Below are positions 41,107-51,257 of a stretch of 64,000 nucleotides of DNA, piece after piece (position 1 is the stretch's first letter; the number at the start of each line of letters is the position of its first letter). The stretch is from Gemmatimonas sp. (GTDB taxonomy: Bacteria > Gemmatimonadota > Gemmatimonadetes > Gemmatimonadales > Gemmatimonadaceae). The translations under genes were made by a program, and so were the position numbers. Where the stretch lies: the NCBI GenBank assembly GCA_965279375.1, contig OZ257156.1, positions 3,616,001 through 3,680,000 of the forward strand, read 5' to 3'. The notes beneath the pieces were generated by a model, which saw only the letters and a program-made list of their open reading frames with translations, made no database searches and had not been told where the DNA came from.

Positions 41107-43959
41107 TCAGAACGAAATGCGCAGTGAGGACATGAACATCGCGGGCGCCGGAATCTGCTCAGAGATGTAGCGAGGGTTGGCATTGAAGCCGTCGTTGCCG
41201 GACATCTCCGGGTCGAACATCGGCATGCCGTAGTTGCGACGCATGAAGTTCTGTGCCGAGAACACCAGCGAGCTGCTCGCCGTCTTGGGAATCAGCTTGC
41301 CGAGCGGCACGGTGACCGTGAGATCGCGCAGCTTGAAGAAGTCTGCCGGGAAGATGAACATCGTGCTGCGCACGTTCGTTGCGTTGCAGATCAGGTTCTC
41401 ACGCACGGTCACAGGCTGGTTCGCCGCAATCTTCTTGTACGCGTCGAAGCAGGTGGGCCACTGCACCGAGCGCGACAGCGCCTGATACGAGGCGTCTTCG
41501 TTGATGTACGCGCCGCCCTGATACTCGCCGCGCACGGTCACGGTGATCTTGCGAATGGTGCGAATCGTGATCGCGCCGGAGATGATGTGCGTCGGCTGGC
41601 TCGGGCCGAACAGGAAGTTCGACGCGGTGTCCGGCGCGACGCCGACCGCGTTCGGATTGCGGATCAGCATTCCCTGAATGGCCGGCGCGGGATAGCCTTC
41701 CTGCACCCAGCCGTTGTTGCCGATGCCGAATGCCGGCACGCCACCGAGCGACTGCACGAGGCTGTTGTTGGTGCTGAGATTGATGTTTCCGCTCAGCCCG
41801 AACTTGTCGCGATCGATCAGCGTCGAGTTCACCGCCACTTCCACACCGGACTTCTTGAGCTGCCCGACGTTGCGCAGCACCGAGTTGAGGAAGCCCTGCG
41901 ACGGCGGCGCATTCACGCGGAAGAGCGCGTCGTCCGTTACTGCGTTGAAGTAGGTGAAGTCGATGTTCAACTTGCCGTTGAGCAGGCTTTGATCGAAGCC
42001 GAGCTCCATTTCGGTGGTGCGCTCAGGTCCGAGGTTCTCGTTGCCCCGATTGGACGGACGCAGGGCAGGGTCATTACCCCAGCCGACCGCGGTCCACGTC
42101 TGCACGGCGTCGAAGGCGCCCGGCGCACGTCCGGCCTGTCCGTACGCAGCGCGCAGCTTGAGCGTGCCGAGACGTTCCTTCCAGAAGGACTCGTCGCTCA
42201 TGACCCAACTCGCGGAGATCTTCGGATACGTCTGAAAGCCGAAGTCCTTGCCGAACGCGCTGTTGCCGTCGACGCGCGCGCCAGCGGTGATGAAGTAGCG
42301 GTCCTTGAAGCCGAGCAGCGACTGCACGAACACACCACCCGTGATGACACGCAGGCGATTTTCGTCGGCGTTCTTGAGCGAGCCGCTTGCGACGGTCACT
42401 TCCGTCGGCGCAGCGAAGCGCTCCGAGTACGCGACCACATCGCCCACCGCCGAACTCACGTACTGCGAGCCGAACGACAGCGTCGCGCGTGCGTCTTTGG
42501 TGAAGGACTTCTCGAGATTGTTCACCCAGTCCACGCTGAGCGTGGTGTTGGCCCAGCGCTGGTTCTGGATGATACCGAGCGGCGCGTTGGGAAAGCCGTA
42601 CGGCCGCACATTGCGGTTCTCGACGGCCGCGCGATCGATGCCGACGGTGAGGCGCGACGATACCGCCGAAAACGGCGTGTATGTGCCTGTCGCGCCGAGA
42701 ATCAGTCGATCGATGTTGCTGTTGAGCTGCTGCGTCAACACGCGACGAATCGTGTCCGGATTCTCCGATGCGAAGTAATTGCGGTTGCGGCGGAACGCAT
42801 TGAGCGTGAGCCCCTGCGCATTGTTGCCGGCCGGCGTGTTGTTGATGAGGCTATTCGTGTACGACGTGTTCACGCTCATCGCGAGCTTGCGCGCGGGCGA
42901 GAAGTCGAGGTTCGTACGCAGTGCGTACTTGCGTTCGAGGTCGTTGGGCATGACCCCTTCCATGTTGTCTGCGCCGAATGACATCAGGTACTTCACGCTA
43001 TTCGTGCTGCCGCCGGACACCTGCGCCTGCGTGCCGTAGCGCGCACCGTTGCGCAGGAACGGATCCATGAACAACAGCTTGGCGTCGTCTGTGCCGAACT
43101 GCTGCAGCTGACTGATGCCCGAGTTGAACTGTGCGTTCCACTTGGCGGCACCCTGGGTGCCACGCTTCGTGAAGATCTGGATGACACCCGCTGCGGCGTC
43201 GGTGCCGAACAGCGTCGCCGCGGCGGCGCCCTTCACGACTTCGATGCGCTCGATGTCATCGGGGTTGATGTCGTCGAGCGGGCTCGAGTTCGAGTTCGCA
43301 CCGCGCTGCGTGGCTCCCGTGAAGATGCCGTTGCGCGGATACTCTTCGCTCCGCGTCCGCACACCGTCCACGTAGATGAGCGGCTGGTTCGTGAGCGAGA
43401 CGCTGGTGGAGCCGCGCAGGCGAATGGCCTGGCCGCCGCCGGCATTGCCCACGCCACCACCAACCGTCACGCCGGCAACGCGCCCCGACAACAGGTTGGA
43501 CACGTTACTTGGTACTTCCGGGACATCGGCCACCTTGATCTGCCCGATCGAGTTGCCGACCTCGCGCTTGCGCGCCGATCCGGCTGTGCCGGTGACGACG
43601 ATTTCGTTCAGTGCGACCGGCGCCGCAGTGATCGCGAAGTCCGCGGTCGCCGCGGCGCCCGCCGTGACCGTCACCGCCTTGTCGAGCGCCTGATAGCCAA
43701 GCGCGCGAACACGGACCGTGCGCGCGCCGGGGGCGATCCCGCTGATGAGGTACGTGCCATCGGCGGCAGTGAGGCCGCCCTGACGCTCGCCGACGATCTG
43801 CACCTGGGCACTCGCCACGGGGGCACCGTTCGCGCCGTTCGTGACTTTCCCGCGCACTCGGCCAGTGCCGTCCTGCGCGCTGAGCGGTGAGGTGCCGGCC
43901 GCGACGATGCACACGGCCGCAAACCATTGCCTACAACCGGGTGGGACCAAGAAGCGCAT
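41107..43959 (-). CDS. SusC/RagA-family TonB-dependent receptor
   Basis: N-terminal carboxypeptidase-like domain, 'IRLRG', 'PLIYVDG', 'DIERIEVVKGAAAATLFG..AAAGVIQIFTK', C-terminal Phe. Confidence 0.92.
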   Translation of the reverse strand: MRFLVPPGCRQWFAAVCIVAAGTSPLSAQDGTGRVRGKVTNGANGAPVASAQVQIVGERQGGLTAADGTYLISGIAPGARTVRVRALGYQALDKAVTVTAGAAATADFAITAAPVALNEIVVTGTAGSARKREVGNSIGQIKVADVPEVPSNVSNLLSGRVAGVTVGGGVGNAGGGQAIRLRGSTSVSLTNQPLIYVDGVRTRSEEYPRNGIFTGATQRGANSNSSPLDDINPDDIERIEVVKGAAAATLFGTDAAAGVIQIFTKRGTQGAAKWNAQFNSGISQLQQFGTDDAKLLFMDPFLRNGARYGTQAQVSGGSTNSVKYLMSFGADNMEGVMPNDLERKYALRTNLDFSPARKLAMSVNTSYTNSLINNTPAGNNAQGLTLNAFRRNRNYFASENPDTIRRVLTQQLNSNIDRLILGATGTYTPFSAVSSRLTVGIDRAAVENRNVRPYGFPNAPLGIIQNQRWANTTLSVDWVNNLEKSFTKDARATLSFGSQYVSSAVGDVVAYSERFAAPTEVTVASGSLKNADENRLRVITGGVFVQSLLGFKDRYFITAGARVDGNSAFGKDFGFQTYPKISASWVMSDESFWKERLGTLKLRAAYGQAGRAPGAFDAVQTWTAVGWGNDPALRPSNRGNENLGPERTTEMELGFDQSLLNGKLNIDFTYFNAVTDDALFRVNAPPSQGFLNSVLRNVGQLKKSGVEVAVNSTLIDRDKFGLSGNINLSTNNSLVQSLGGVPAFGIGNNGWVQEGYPAPAIQGMLIRNPNAVGVAPDTASNFLFGPSQPTHIISGAITIRTIRKITVTVRGEYQGGAYINEDASYQALSRSVQWPTCFDAYKKIAANQPVTVRENLICNATNVRSTMFIFPADFFKLRDLTVTVPLGKLIPKTASSSLVFSAQNFMRRNYGMPMFDPEMSGNDGFNANPRYISEQIPAPAMFMSSLRISF

Positions 43960-44066
43960 TGCTTTGACCTCCAGAGGCGAACCAGGGGGGAGCCGTTCGG
44001 TGCGGAACATCCCATTTGGCCACCAACTCAAGCCGTTGTCAACCGTAGGCGCTGGCGAGCAGGGCG

Positions 44067-44900
44067 TTACAAGCCAAGGGCGAGTTGTACCGGCTCGCTT
44101 CTGCCGAGCAGACCGCGAGGGCCGACCGGGCCGCATGGAGCGGTCTGGTGCGCGGCCCATAAGGCATCCTGGCGCCAGCCCGCTTTTCGCATCGCATCGC
44201 GCACGCGCGCAATCGCATGCGTGGGCGTGTTGTTGGTCTCGCTCAAGTGCGCGAGCACGATTCCACGCAGCCCGCGGTGCGCGCACGACGACGCGAACGC
44301 AGCGGCCGCTCCGTTCGACAAATGACCGAACTGTCCTCCAATGCGCTGCTTGAGCGGCCACGGATACGGCCCCTCGGCGAGCAGTCGCTCGTCGTGGTTC
44401 GATTCGACCACGAGCAGGTCGAGTCGCTCGAACGCGGCTGGCAGCGGAGCGGGCACGTGCCCGAGATCGAGCGCGATGCCGATGCGCGTACCGCTGCGAC
44501 GATCGGTCAGCACGAGCGCCGCGCACTCGCGCGCATCGTGCGGAACTGCCGTTGCACACACGTCGAAGCCATCGACGGCCTGTTGAGCGTTCGTCGGCAG
44601 CGCGCTGGCGACCGTGGGACAGCCGTCGGCGGACTCGCGCAATGCGTCGAGCGTGCCCGCCGTGGCGTGCAGCGGCCAGCCCCAACGCGTCGTCGCCGCG
44701 ATCGCGCCACTCGCGTGATCGGTGTGCTCGTGCGTGAGCAGCAGCGACGAAATCTGTTCCGGACGACGACCGATCTCGGCCAGTCGCTTCATGATCGTGC
44801 GCGCCGAGAAGCCAGCGTCGATGAGAATCGAACTTTCGGTGCCATCGACCAGAATCGCGTTTCCTCGGCTTCCGCTGCCGAGGACAGTGACTCGCAGCAT
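44067..44900 (-). CDS. MBL-fold metallo-hydrolase (YycJ/WalJ-like)
   Basis: 'GSGSRGN', 'THEHTDH', 'PHD', 'ESNHD', 'GHLSN', 'AHLSETNN'. Confidence 0.9.
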   Translation of the reverse strand: MLRVTVLGSGSRGNAILVDGTESSILIDAGFSARTIMKRLAEIGRRPEQISSLLLTHEHTDHASGAIAATTRWGWPLHATAGTLDALRESADGCPTVASALPTNAQQAVDGFDVCATAVPHDARECAALVLTDRRSGTRIGIALDLGHVPAPLPAAFERLDLLVVESNHDERLLAEGPYPWPLKQRIGGQFGHLSNGAAAAFASSCAHRGLRGIVLAHLSETNNTPTHAIARVRDAMRKAGWRQDALWAAHQTAPCGPVGPRGLLGRSEPVQLALGL

Positions 44901-46138
44901 CAGTACCGCGCGTGCATCGCCTGCCAGTGTGCGCGCTGCTGCGCGTCGAGCGTGACCTGTCGGCGAGCCATCATGCGTTCCGCGGTCTCGAGGAACTTGT
45001 CGACTGCGAAACGGTCGTACGGCGCGCCTGTGCCCCACGAGAACGGCGCGACGTACTTGGGCGGCATGTCACCCATCACGTTCGCGCCTGCGCCCAGCAC
45101 GCTGCCGGTGTTGAGGCGCATGCCAATGCCGGTCTTGGCGTGATCGCCGAAGAGTGTGCCCAGAAACTGCAGCCCGGTGTCGCGCACACCGTCCGGCGTC
45201 CACAGCGCGACGGTGCCGTACGTGTTCTTGAGATTACTGGTCACCGTGCCGGCGCCAAGGTTCACCCAGCGTCCGATGATCGAATGTCCGACGAAGCCAT
45301 CGTGCCCCTTGTTCGCGTAGCCGATGAAGATCGTGGCCGAGAGTTCGCCGTGCACTCGACACATCTCCCCGATCGATGAGCCGGAGATGCGATCGGCCGT
45401 CACGACCGAGTTGCTGCCAACGAAACAGGGGCCGATGATGCGCGTGAACGACTGCACGATTGCGCCGCGTCGAAGCAGCACCGGGCCAAGTGTCGTGTCG
45501 AACACGGTGAACGGCTCGACGATCGCGCCCGGCTCGATCCAGAGCGGGTGTGCGCCAACCACCACGGGTCCGCGCGCACTCGCGCCATCGTCGTCCTGCG
45601 CCTGGCAGACGAGATCTGCGGCGAGCACGGGAATATCGGCGCAGAGCAGCGGACTGAGATGCCGAATGAGATCCCACACCTCGTGCAGCCACACGCCCTC
45701 GATCGCCGTCGACTCGGAGTCGGCGACGAGACCTTCGAGCGTCAAGGTGCCGTCGAACAGCGTGCGCAGGGCGAGTGGTTCGCGCAATCGCACGGCGGCT
45801 AGGTATTCGTCGATTCGCCATGCCGACGCCAGCGTGTGCGCCCGCACTGCTGAACGCCCGCGCAGGTGCGGCAACGCGCGCGCGTTCACGATGATGCTGC
45901 CGGCCGGCAACTCCGACGACGCATCTCCGGCAACAAACGGCGGCGCGTCGAACTCGGCGAACGAGCGCAGCGATTCTGCGGCGACGAATGCATCCACCGG
46001 TGCGCCAAGCATCGTGGCCCACCGTTCACGAATGAGCAGTGCCCCCGCGCGCATCTCGCCAAGCGGTCGACTCGAAGCGAACGGCTCGAACAGCCGCGCG
46101 CGCGCATCGTCGTAGAGTACGATCGGTGGTTGACTCAT
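44900..46138 (-). CDS. GlmU-related putative sugar nucleotidyltransferase with hexapeptide repeats
   Basis: 'LFEPFASSRP', 'NKGHDGFVGHS..G.WVNLGAGT..SNLKNTY'. Confidence 0.8.
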   Translation of the reverse strand: MSQPPIVLYDDARARLFEPFASSRPLGEMRAGALLIRERWATMLGAPVDAFVAAESLRSFAEFDAPPFVAGDASSELPAGSIIVNARALPHLRGRSAVRAHTLASAWRIDEYLAAVRLREPLALRTLFDGTLTLEGLVADSESTAIEGVWLHEVWDLIRHLSPLLCADIPVLAADLVCQAQDDDGASARGPVVVGAHPLWIEPGAIVEPFTVFDTTLGPVLLRRGAIVQSFTRIIGPCFVGSNSVVTADRISGSSIGEMCRVHGELSATIFIGYANKGHDGFVGHSIIGRWVNLGAGTVTSNLKNTYGTVALWTPDGVRDTGLQFLGTLFGDHAKTGIGMRLNTGSVLGAGANVMGDMPPKYVAPFSWGTGAPYDRFAVDKFLETAERMMARRQVTLDAQQRAHWQAMHARY

Positions 46139-46172
46139 TGCCGTATCCCCGGGCTCTCGTTCGGCGCAGCCA

Positions 46173-47219
46173 TCACGGGCCACGCAGGTCGGCCGGAAGT
46201 GAATCGAGCAGCGTCTTGAGGTCGGCCGCCTTGTCGCGCGTGGTCACGAGGACCAGACCGTCGCGCGCGACGACGACGAGATCGTCGACGCCATAGAGCA
46301 CCACTGCGGCGCCCTGCGCGTGGACGACGTTGTCGGAGGACTGCAACGCGTGTAGGCGTCCGCTCGCCGCATTGCCTTGATCGTCGTGCGCGCGCACACG
46401 GTGCAGCGCCGCCCACGTGCCTACGTCATCCCATCCAAAGCGGCCCGGCACCACGAGCACGCGATCAGAGCGCTCGAGCACGCCCACGTCGATCGCCACC
46501 GACTTCACCTGCGCGAAGAACGTCTCGAGGTCGTCGCCGGCGGCTTCGAGCGCCGGCTGCACCTCGGGAGTCAGGCGCTTGATCTCGTCGAGCAGGTCGC
46601 CGACGCGCCACGCGAAGATCCCCGAGTTCCAGAGAAATCCGTCGGCCACCATCCGTTCGGCGCGCGTGCGATCCGGCTTTTCGACGAAGCGCGCGACGCG
46701 ACGAACCTCGGAGCCAGCGGGTTCGGAAGCGAGGCGATCGCCCGGCTGGATGTAGCCAAAGCCCGGATCCGGTCGCGTCGGCACAATGCCGACCGTCACG
46801 AGCGCATGTTCGCGGGACGCCAGCATGGCCGCGTCGCGCAGCGTTCGCTGAAACTGCGGCACGTCGGCGATGGCCCAGTCTGCGTGCACGCATACCATCA
46901 CCGCCTCGGGGCCGTCGCGCTTGGCGATGGTGTGCGCGGCCCACGCGAGCGCTGCACAGGTGCCCGCCGGACGCGGTTCCGCGATCACATTCTCCCCGTG
47001 CAACGACGGCTCCAACGTGAGGATCGCGTCGCGCAGCGAGGCGTTCGTCAGCACGAGCGTGCGATCGCTCTCCGCGAGTGGCGTCATGCGCGCAATCGTG
47101 TCGCGCAGCATGGGAGCATCGCTGATGAGCGGTAGCAGCTGCTTGGGGCGCTCCGGGGTGGAGAGCGGCCAGAAGCGCGAGCCCACGCCACCGGCGAGAA
47201 CGACATTCCAGAGGATCAT
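46173..47219 (-). CDS. manC: Mannose-1-phosphate guanylyltransferase
   Basis: 'LAGGVGSRFWPLS..PKQ', 'FVEKP', 'WNSG', 'WDDVG'. Confidence 0.92.
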   Translation of the reverse strand: MILWNVVLAGGVGSRFWPLSTPERPKQLLPLISDAPMLRDTIARMTPLAESDRTLVLTNASLRDAILTLEPSLHGENVIAEPRPAGTCAALAWAAHTIAKRDGPEAVMVCVHADWAIADVPQFQRTLRDAAMLASREHALVTVGIVPTRPDPGFGYIQPGDRLASEPAGSEVRRVARFVEKPDRTRAERMVADGFLWNSGIFAWRVGDLLDEIKRLTPEVQPALEAAGDDLETFFAQVKSVAIDVGVLERSDRVLVVPGRFGWDDVGTWAALHRVRAHDDQGNAASGRLHALQSSDNVVHAQGAAVVLYGVDDLVVVARDGLVLVTTRDKAADLKTLLDSLPADLRGP

Positions 47220-47237
47220 ACGGAGATCATACGCGTT

Positions 47238-47618
47238 TCACGCGTTCGAGCGAGTGTGCTGTGCAGCGGTGAGGGCGACGACTCGATCGTAGAGACGTCG
47301 GGGGGAGAACGGCTTGGTCATTACATCGACGACGCCCAGCGCTTCGGCGTCGCGAAATTGTTCGTCCTGACCCGCGGCGGTGAGCACGAGGCAGGGCAGC
47401 GTGCCCCATCGCGCATCGGCACGCATGGCTCGCAGAATGTCGATTCCGCTCATTCCCGGCAGCATCAGGTCCAGGAGTACGAGCTGCGTGTCTGGATGCG
47501 CCGCAAGCAACGCGAGCGCGTCAGGGCCGTTCTCTGCCAGATCCACGATGAACGGCCCTTGTTCGAGGCGCGTCCGAATGATCAGGCTGATGTGCGGTTC
47601 ATCGTCCACCACCAGCAC
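47238..47618 (-). CDS. Single-domain response regulator
   Basis: 'VVDDE', 'LLDLMLPGMSG', 'LTA', 'KPF'; true start may lie upstream (47717). Confidence 0.88.
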   Translation of the reverse strand: MLVVDDEPHISLIIRTRLEQGPFIVDLAENGPDALALLAAHPDTQLVLLDLMLPGMSGIDILRAMRADARWGTLPCLVLTAAGQDEQFRDAEALGVVDVMTKPFSPRRLYDRVVALTAAQHTRSNA

Positions 47619-47713
47619 GCGCGTGAGCTTCGCGGCGGACTGTGGCGAAGTGGCGGACGTCCCCGAGTTGGACAGGTCGCTGGGCGGACGCGTGCCGCTC
47701 GGGGTATCGGCGG

Positions 47714-48067
47714 TCAGACGATCGCCGCGATCTGCGTACGATGGCGGCGCAGATCGAAGAGCAGGGAGGAGAGATTGGCATTCGGCGCAAGCAGCACCAG
47801 CAGGTACGCTTCTGCCGAGAGCGTGGTCACGATGGCGCTCCCGGCGCCGAACTCCAGCACCATCAACCCCAGATCGCCGCGCCCTGCCGAGGCGCTCAGT
47901 TCGAGTGCCGTCATGACCATCGAGGGGACGTGTGCTGCCAGCCCCTCGGGATCGAGCCCGCCTTCAGTGGCGCCGTCGATCAACAGGCCGTCGCGCCCAA
48001 GCACGATGGCGGCATCGACTCCCTCACGGCGGCGCAGCGCGCTCACAAGATCACGAATGGTTGGCAT
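47714..48067 (-). CDS. Roadblock/LC7 (MglB-like) protein
   Basis: 'GVDAAIVLGRDGLLID' Roadblock signature, 117 aa. Confidence 0.85.
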   Translation of the reverse strand: MPTIRDLVSALRRREGVDAAIVLGRDGLLIDGATEGGLDPEGLAAHVPSMVMTALELSASAGRGDLGLMVLEFGAGSAIVTTLSAEAYLLVLLAPNANLSSLLFDLRRHRTQIAAIV

Positions 48068-48161
48068 GTCGGAACGCTGGCCACGGTCTGGGGTGAAGTC
48101 AAGCGACGGAACCGCTTGCCCGGACATGAGTTGAGCGGTAACCTCCAGCCTTGCTTCTGCC

Positions 48162-48782
48162 ATGGGGACTACCCTGTTGTCACGCCATAACGCCGCGCGT
48201 CGTTCCATTGGGCGCGCGCTGTCATTTCCGGCCCTGATCGTCACTGCGCTGGCTGCTGCCTGCGGCGGCGACGGGCTGACGAGCACCGCCTCCGTCGAAA
48301 ACGTCACGCGGGTGTACAGCGTCTTCGCCGTCTCCGGCACGTCCAACGCGCTGCCATCGGCCTACTCGTACACGACCGAGAGTCTGGTACGCCCGCAGGT
48401 GCTATCCAGCGGCGGGATCAACTTCGACCTCGCGTTCGACATCACAACCGACGGCAAGGTACGACTGCTGCCGGCCAAGTACGTCGTTCCGCTGCCCCCC
48501 GCCGGTTCGCCGACGATCGGCCTGCAGAAGATGACCGCGGCGTTCGCGCAGCTGGAGCGGGCACCGGTGAACGGCTATACCTCCGATAGCGCCGTCACGG
48601 CGTCGGTGGGTGAGACGTACACCCTCGAGTTGCGCAACTCCGGCTGCATCTACGGCGAGTACTACTACGCCAAGGTCAGCGTGGACAGCATCATCCTCCC
48701 CGAACGGCGCCTCGTCGTCCGCTCGCTCGTGAACCGCAACTGCGGCTTTCGCGGCTTGACGGACGGCATTCCGAAGAACTGA
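48162..48782 (+). CDS. Hypothetical lipoprotein
   Basis: Lipobox 'LAAAC-G'; 8-nt gap to serS. Confidence 0.7.
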   Translation: MGTTLLSRHNAARRSIGRALSFPALIVTALAAACGGDGLTSTASVENVTRVYSVFAVSGTSNALPSAYSYTTESLVRPQVLSSGGINFDLAFDITTDGKVRLLPAKYVVPLPPAGSPTIGLQKMTAAFAQLERAPVNGYTSDSAVTASVGETYTLELRNSGCIYGEYYYAKVSVDSIILPERRLVVRSLVNRNCGFRGLTDGIPKN

Positions 48783-48789
48783 TCGCGTC

Positions 48790-50064
48790 ATGCACGATAT
48801 CAAACTGTTGCGCGAGCATCTCCCTCTGTTGCGCGAGGGGATGCGCCGCCGAAACAAGACCGAGGAGTTCGCACCGCTGCTCGATCGCGCCGAGGCATTG
48901 GAGCGTGATCGCCGCGTGGCCATCACCGAGCTCGAAACCGCGCAGGCGCGACGCAATCAGGTCACGGCGGAAGTCGGCCAGCGTCGCAAGGCGGGCGAAG
49001 ATGCCACGGAGCTGATGGCCGAAGGCCGCGCGATCGGTGAGCAGGTGGCTAGTCTCACCGCGCGTCGCGACGATGCCGCCGCGGCGGTACAGTCGCTGCT
49101 GTACGAACTGCCCAACATCACCCTCGACGAGGTCCCCGAGGGTGGGGAAGAGGCCAATCAGGTCATTCGCTCGTGGGGGACGCCGCGTGCGGACGGCGCG
49201 GTACTCAAGCCCCACTGGGAAGTGGGTGAAACGTTGGGCGTTCTCGATCTGGCTCGCGGCGCCAAGATCAGTGGATCGGGATTCATCGTGTATCGCAGCG
49301 GCGGCGCGCGGCTCGTGCGCTCGCTGATGAACATGATGCTCGACATCCACACCACCGAGCATGGTTACGAAGAATGCTGGGTGCCGCTCGTGGTCAACAG
49401 CGCGAGCATGCTGGGCACGTCGCAGCTCCCCAAGTTCGCCGACGACATGTACGCGCTCAAGGAAGAGGACCTGTACCTCATCCCCACCGCAGAAGTGCCA
49501 GTCACGAATCTCTATCGCGACGAAATTCTCGACGCGTCGCAGCTGCCCAAAAGCTTCTGCGCGTTCAGCGCGTGCTTCCGCCGCGAGGCGGGTTCGGCGG
49601 GCAAGGACACGCGCGGACTGCTGCGCGTCCACGAGTTCGACAAGGTGGAGTTGGTGCGCTACGCGACGCCCGAAACGTCGCTCGTCGAATTGGAGAAGCT
49701 CACCGGGCACGCGGAGCTCATTCTGCAGCGTCTGGGACTGCCGTATCGCGTCGTATTGCTGGCCGCCGGGGACACTGGCTTTGCCAGCGCGAAGACGTAC
49801 GATCTCGAGGTCTTTGCGCCCAGCGTCGGCAAGTGGCTCGAGGTGTCGAGCTGCAGCGTGTTCACCGAGTTCCAGGCGCGGCGTGCGAACATTCGATATC
49901 GCCCAGCCGCCGGCGAGAAGCCGCGCTTCGTGCACACGCTCAACGGCTCGGCTCTCGCGTTCTCGCGCATCATCGCCTGCCTGCTCGAGCACTACCAGCA
50001 GCCTGACGGGTCGGTGCTGCTTCCTGAGGCGCTGCAGCCGTACATGGGCCGCGCGTCGCTGTGA
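48790..50064 (+). CDS. serS: Serine--tRNA ligase
   Basis: 'PTAEVP', 'FRREAG', 'EVSSCS', 'HTLNGSALA'. Confidence 0.98.
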   Translation: MHDIKLLREHLPLLREGMRRRNKTEEFAPLLDRAEALERDRRVAITELETAQARRNQVTAEVGQRRKAGEDATELMAEGRAIGEQVASLTARRDDAAAAVQSLLYELPNITLDEVPEGGEEANQVIRSWGTPRADGAVLKPHWEVGETLGVLDLARGAKISGSGFIVYRSGGARLVRSLMNMMLDIHTTEHGYEECWVPLVVNSASMLGTSQLPKFADDMYALKEEDLYLIPTAEVPVTNLYRDEILDASQLPKSFCAFSACFRREAGSAGKDTRGLLRVHEFDKVELVRYATPETSLVELEKLTGHAELILQRLGLPYRVVLLAAGDTGFASAKTYDLEVFAPSVGKWLEVSSCSVFTEFQARRANIRYRPAAGEKPRFVHTLNGSALAFSRIIACLLEHYQQPDGSVLLPEALQPYMGRASL

Positions 50065-50102
50065 CCCTGCGCGCGATCTAGGCGCGTCGCCTCGGAGCTC
50101 CG

Positions 50103-51257
50103 ATGCGTCGTCGGCGTTGGCCCGTCGTGGTCGTAGTCGTCGGCGTACTCGCGCTCCTGGCGTGGTACGTCGGCTATACGCAGCATGTCGTCCGACAACT
50201 GAGCAGCGCCGCTGCGTCGCAGGCGCGCATCTACTCGCGCGTCTATCGTGCCCAGCTCGACACCAGCGCTGCGGGGCAGGATCCGTCTGCGCTGCTGTTC
50301 GAGTTGGCGGCGCAGATGACGGAATCGGGGCTGCCGCTTGTGTTGACGGATGCCAACGGTGCCGTCGCCGACGCGGCCAACCTCCCGTTCGACGCGCCGC
50401 TCGATAGCGCGCGGATGCGGGCCTACGTGCAGGAGCTCGACCGACGCAACCCGCCGATCATCGAGCCGGGCGTGGGCGGCGTTCACTATGGAGACAGCCC
50501 GATCGTGCAGGGGCTGCGGGTCATTCCGCTGCTGCAAGCGGCAGGGATTGGCCTCCTGCTGGCGTTCGGCCTGTATGCGTTGGTCGAACGCGGTCGCGCC
50601 GAGCGCGAAAAGGTCTGGGCCGGCATGGCGCGCGAGGCCGCCCATCAGCTAGGCACGCCTCTTTCGGCGATCGGTGGCTGGCTCGAGCTGATCCGCGACG
50701 AGGAAACGAGCCCCATGGTCAGCCGGGCCGCACAGGCGATGGAGCAGGACCTGCTTCGGCTGGAGCGCGTCTCGCATCGGTTCGAGCGGATCGGTCGCCC
50801 GCCACGTCGCGAGACGGTGGACTGCACCGCACTCGTAGACCGGTTGGTGGCCTATTTCGCGGCCCGCGCCCCGACACTCGCCAAGCGCGTCAGCATCACC
50901 GCCGAGCATCCGGAAGGACGTCTCGAGACGCAGGGCGATGGCGTGCTGCTGGAGTGGGTGCTGGAGGTCCTCATCAAGAATGCGTTCGACGCGCTCGGCG
51001 GGCGCGACGGCAACGTGGTCGTGTCTGCGCAGCCGATGCCCGAGGGCGGCATACGGATTCGTGTCGCCGACGACGGCCCCGGTATTCCGCGGAAGTTGCG
51101 CAAGCGCATTTTCGATGCCGGCTTCAGCACCAAGGACCGTGGCTGGGGAATCGGGCTGTCGCTCGCCCGTCGCATCGTGGAAGAGAATCACGGCGGCAAA
51201 TTGTTGCTCGCTGACGAGGGCCGCGGCGCCGCTTTCGACGTTATCTTGAGCGGATGA
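50103..51257 (+). CDS. Membrane sensor histidine kinase
   Basis: Two TMs, H-box 'EAAHQLGTPLS', N-box 'KNAFDA', 'DDGPG', 'GWGIGL'. Confidence 0.92.
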   Translation: MRRRRWPVVVVVVGVLALLAWYVGYTQHVVRQLSSAAASQARIYSRVYRAQLDTSAAGQDPSALLFELAAQMTESGLPLVLTDANGAVADAANLPFDAPLDSARMRAYVQELDRRNPPIIEPGVGGVHYGDSPIVQGLRVIPLLQAAGIGLLLAFGLYALVERGRAEREKVWAGMAREAAHQLGTPLSAIGGWLELIRDEETSPMVSRAAQAMEQDLLRLERVSHRFERIGRPPRRETVDCTALVDRLVAYFAARAPTLAKRVSITAEHPEGRLETQGDGVLLEWVLEVLIKNAFDALGGRDGNVVVSAQPMPEGGIRIRVADDGPGIPRKLRKRIFDAGFSTKDRGWGIGLSLARRIVEENHGGKLLLADEGRGAAFDVILSG

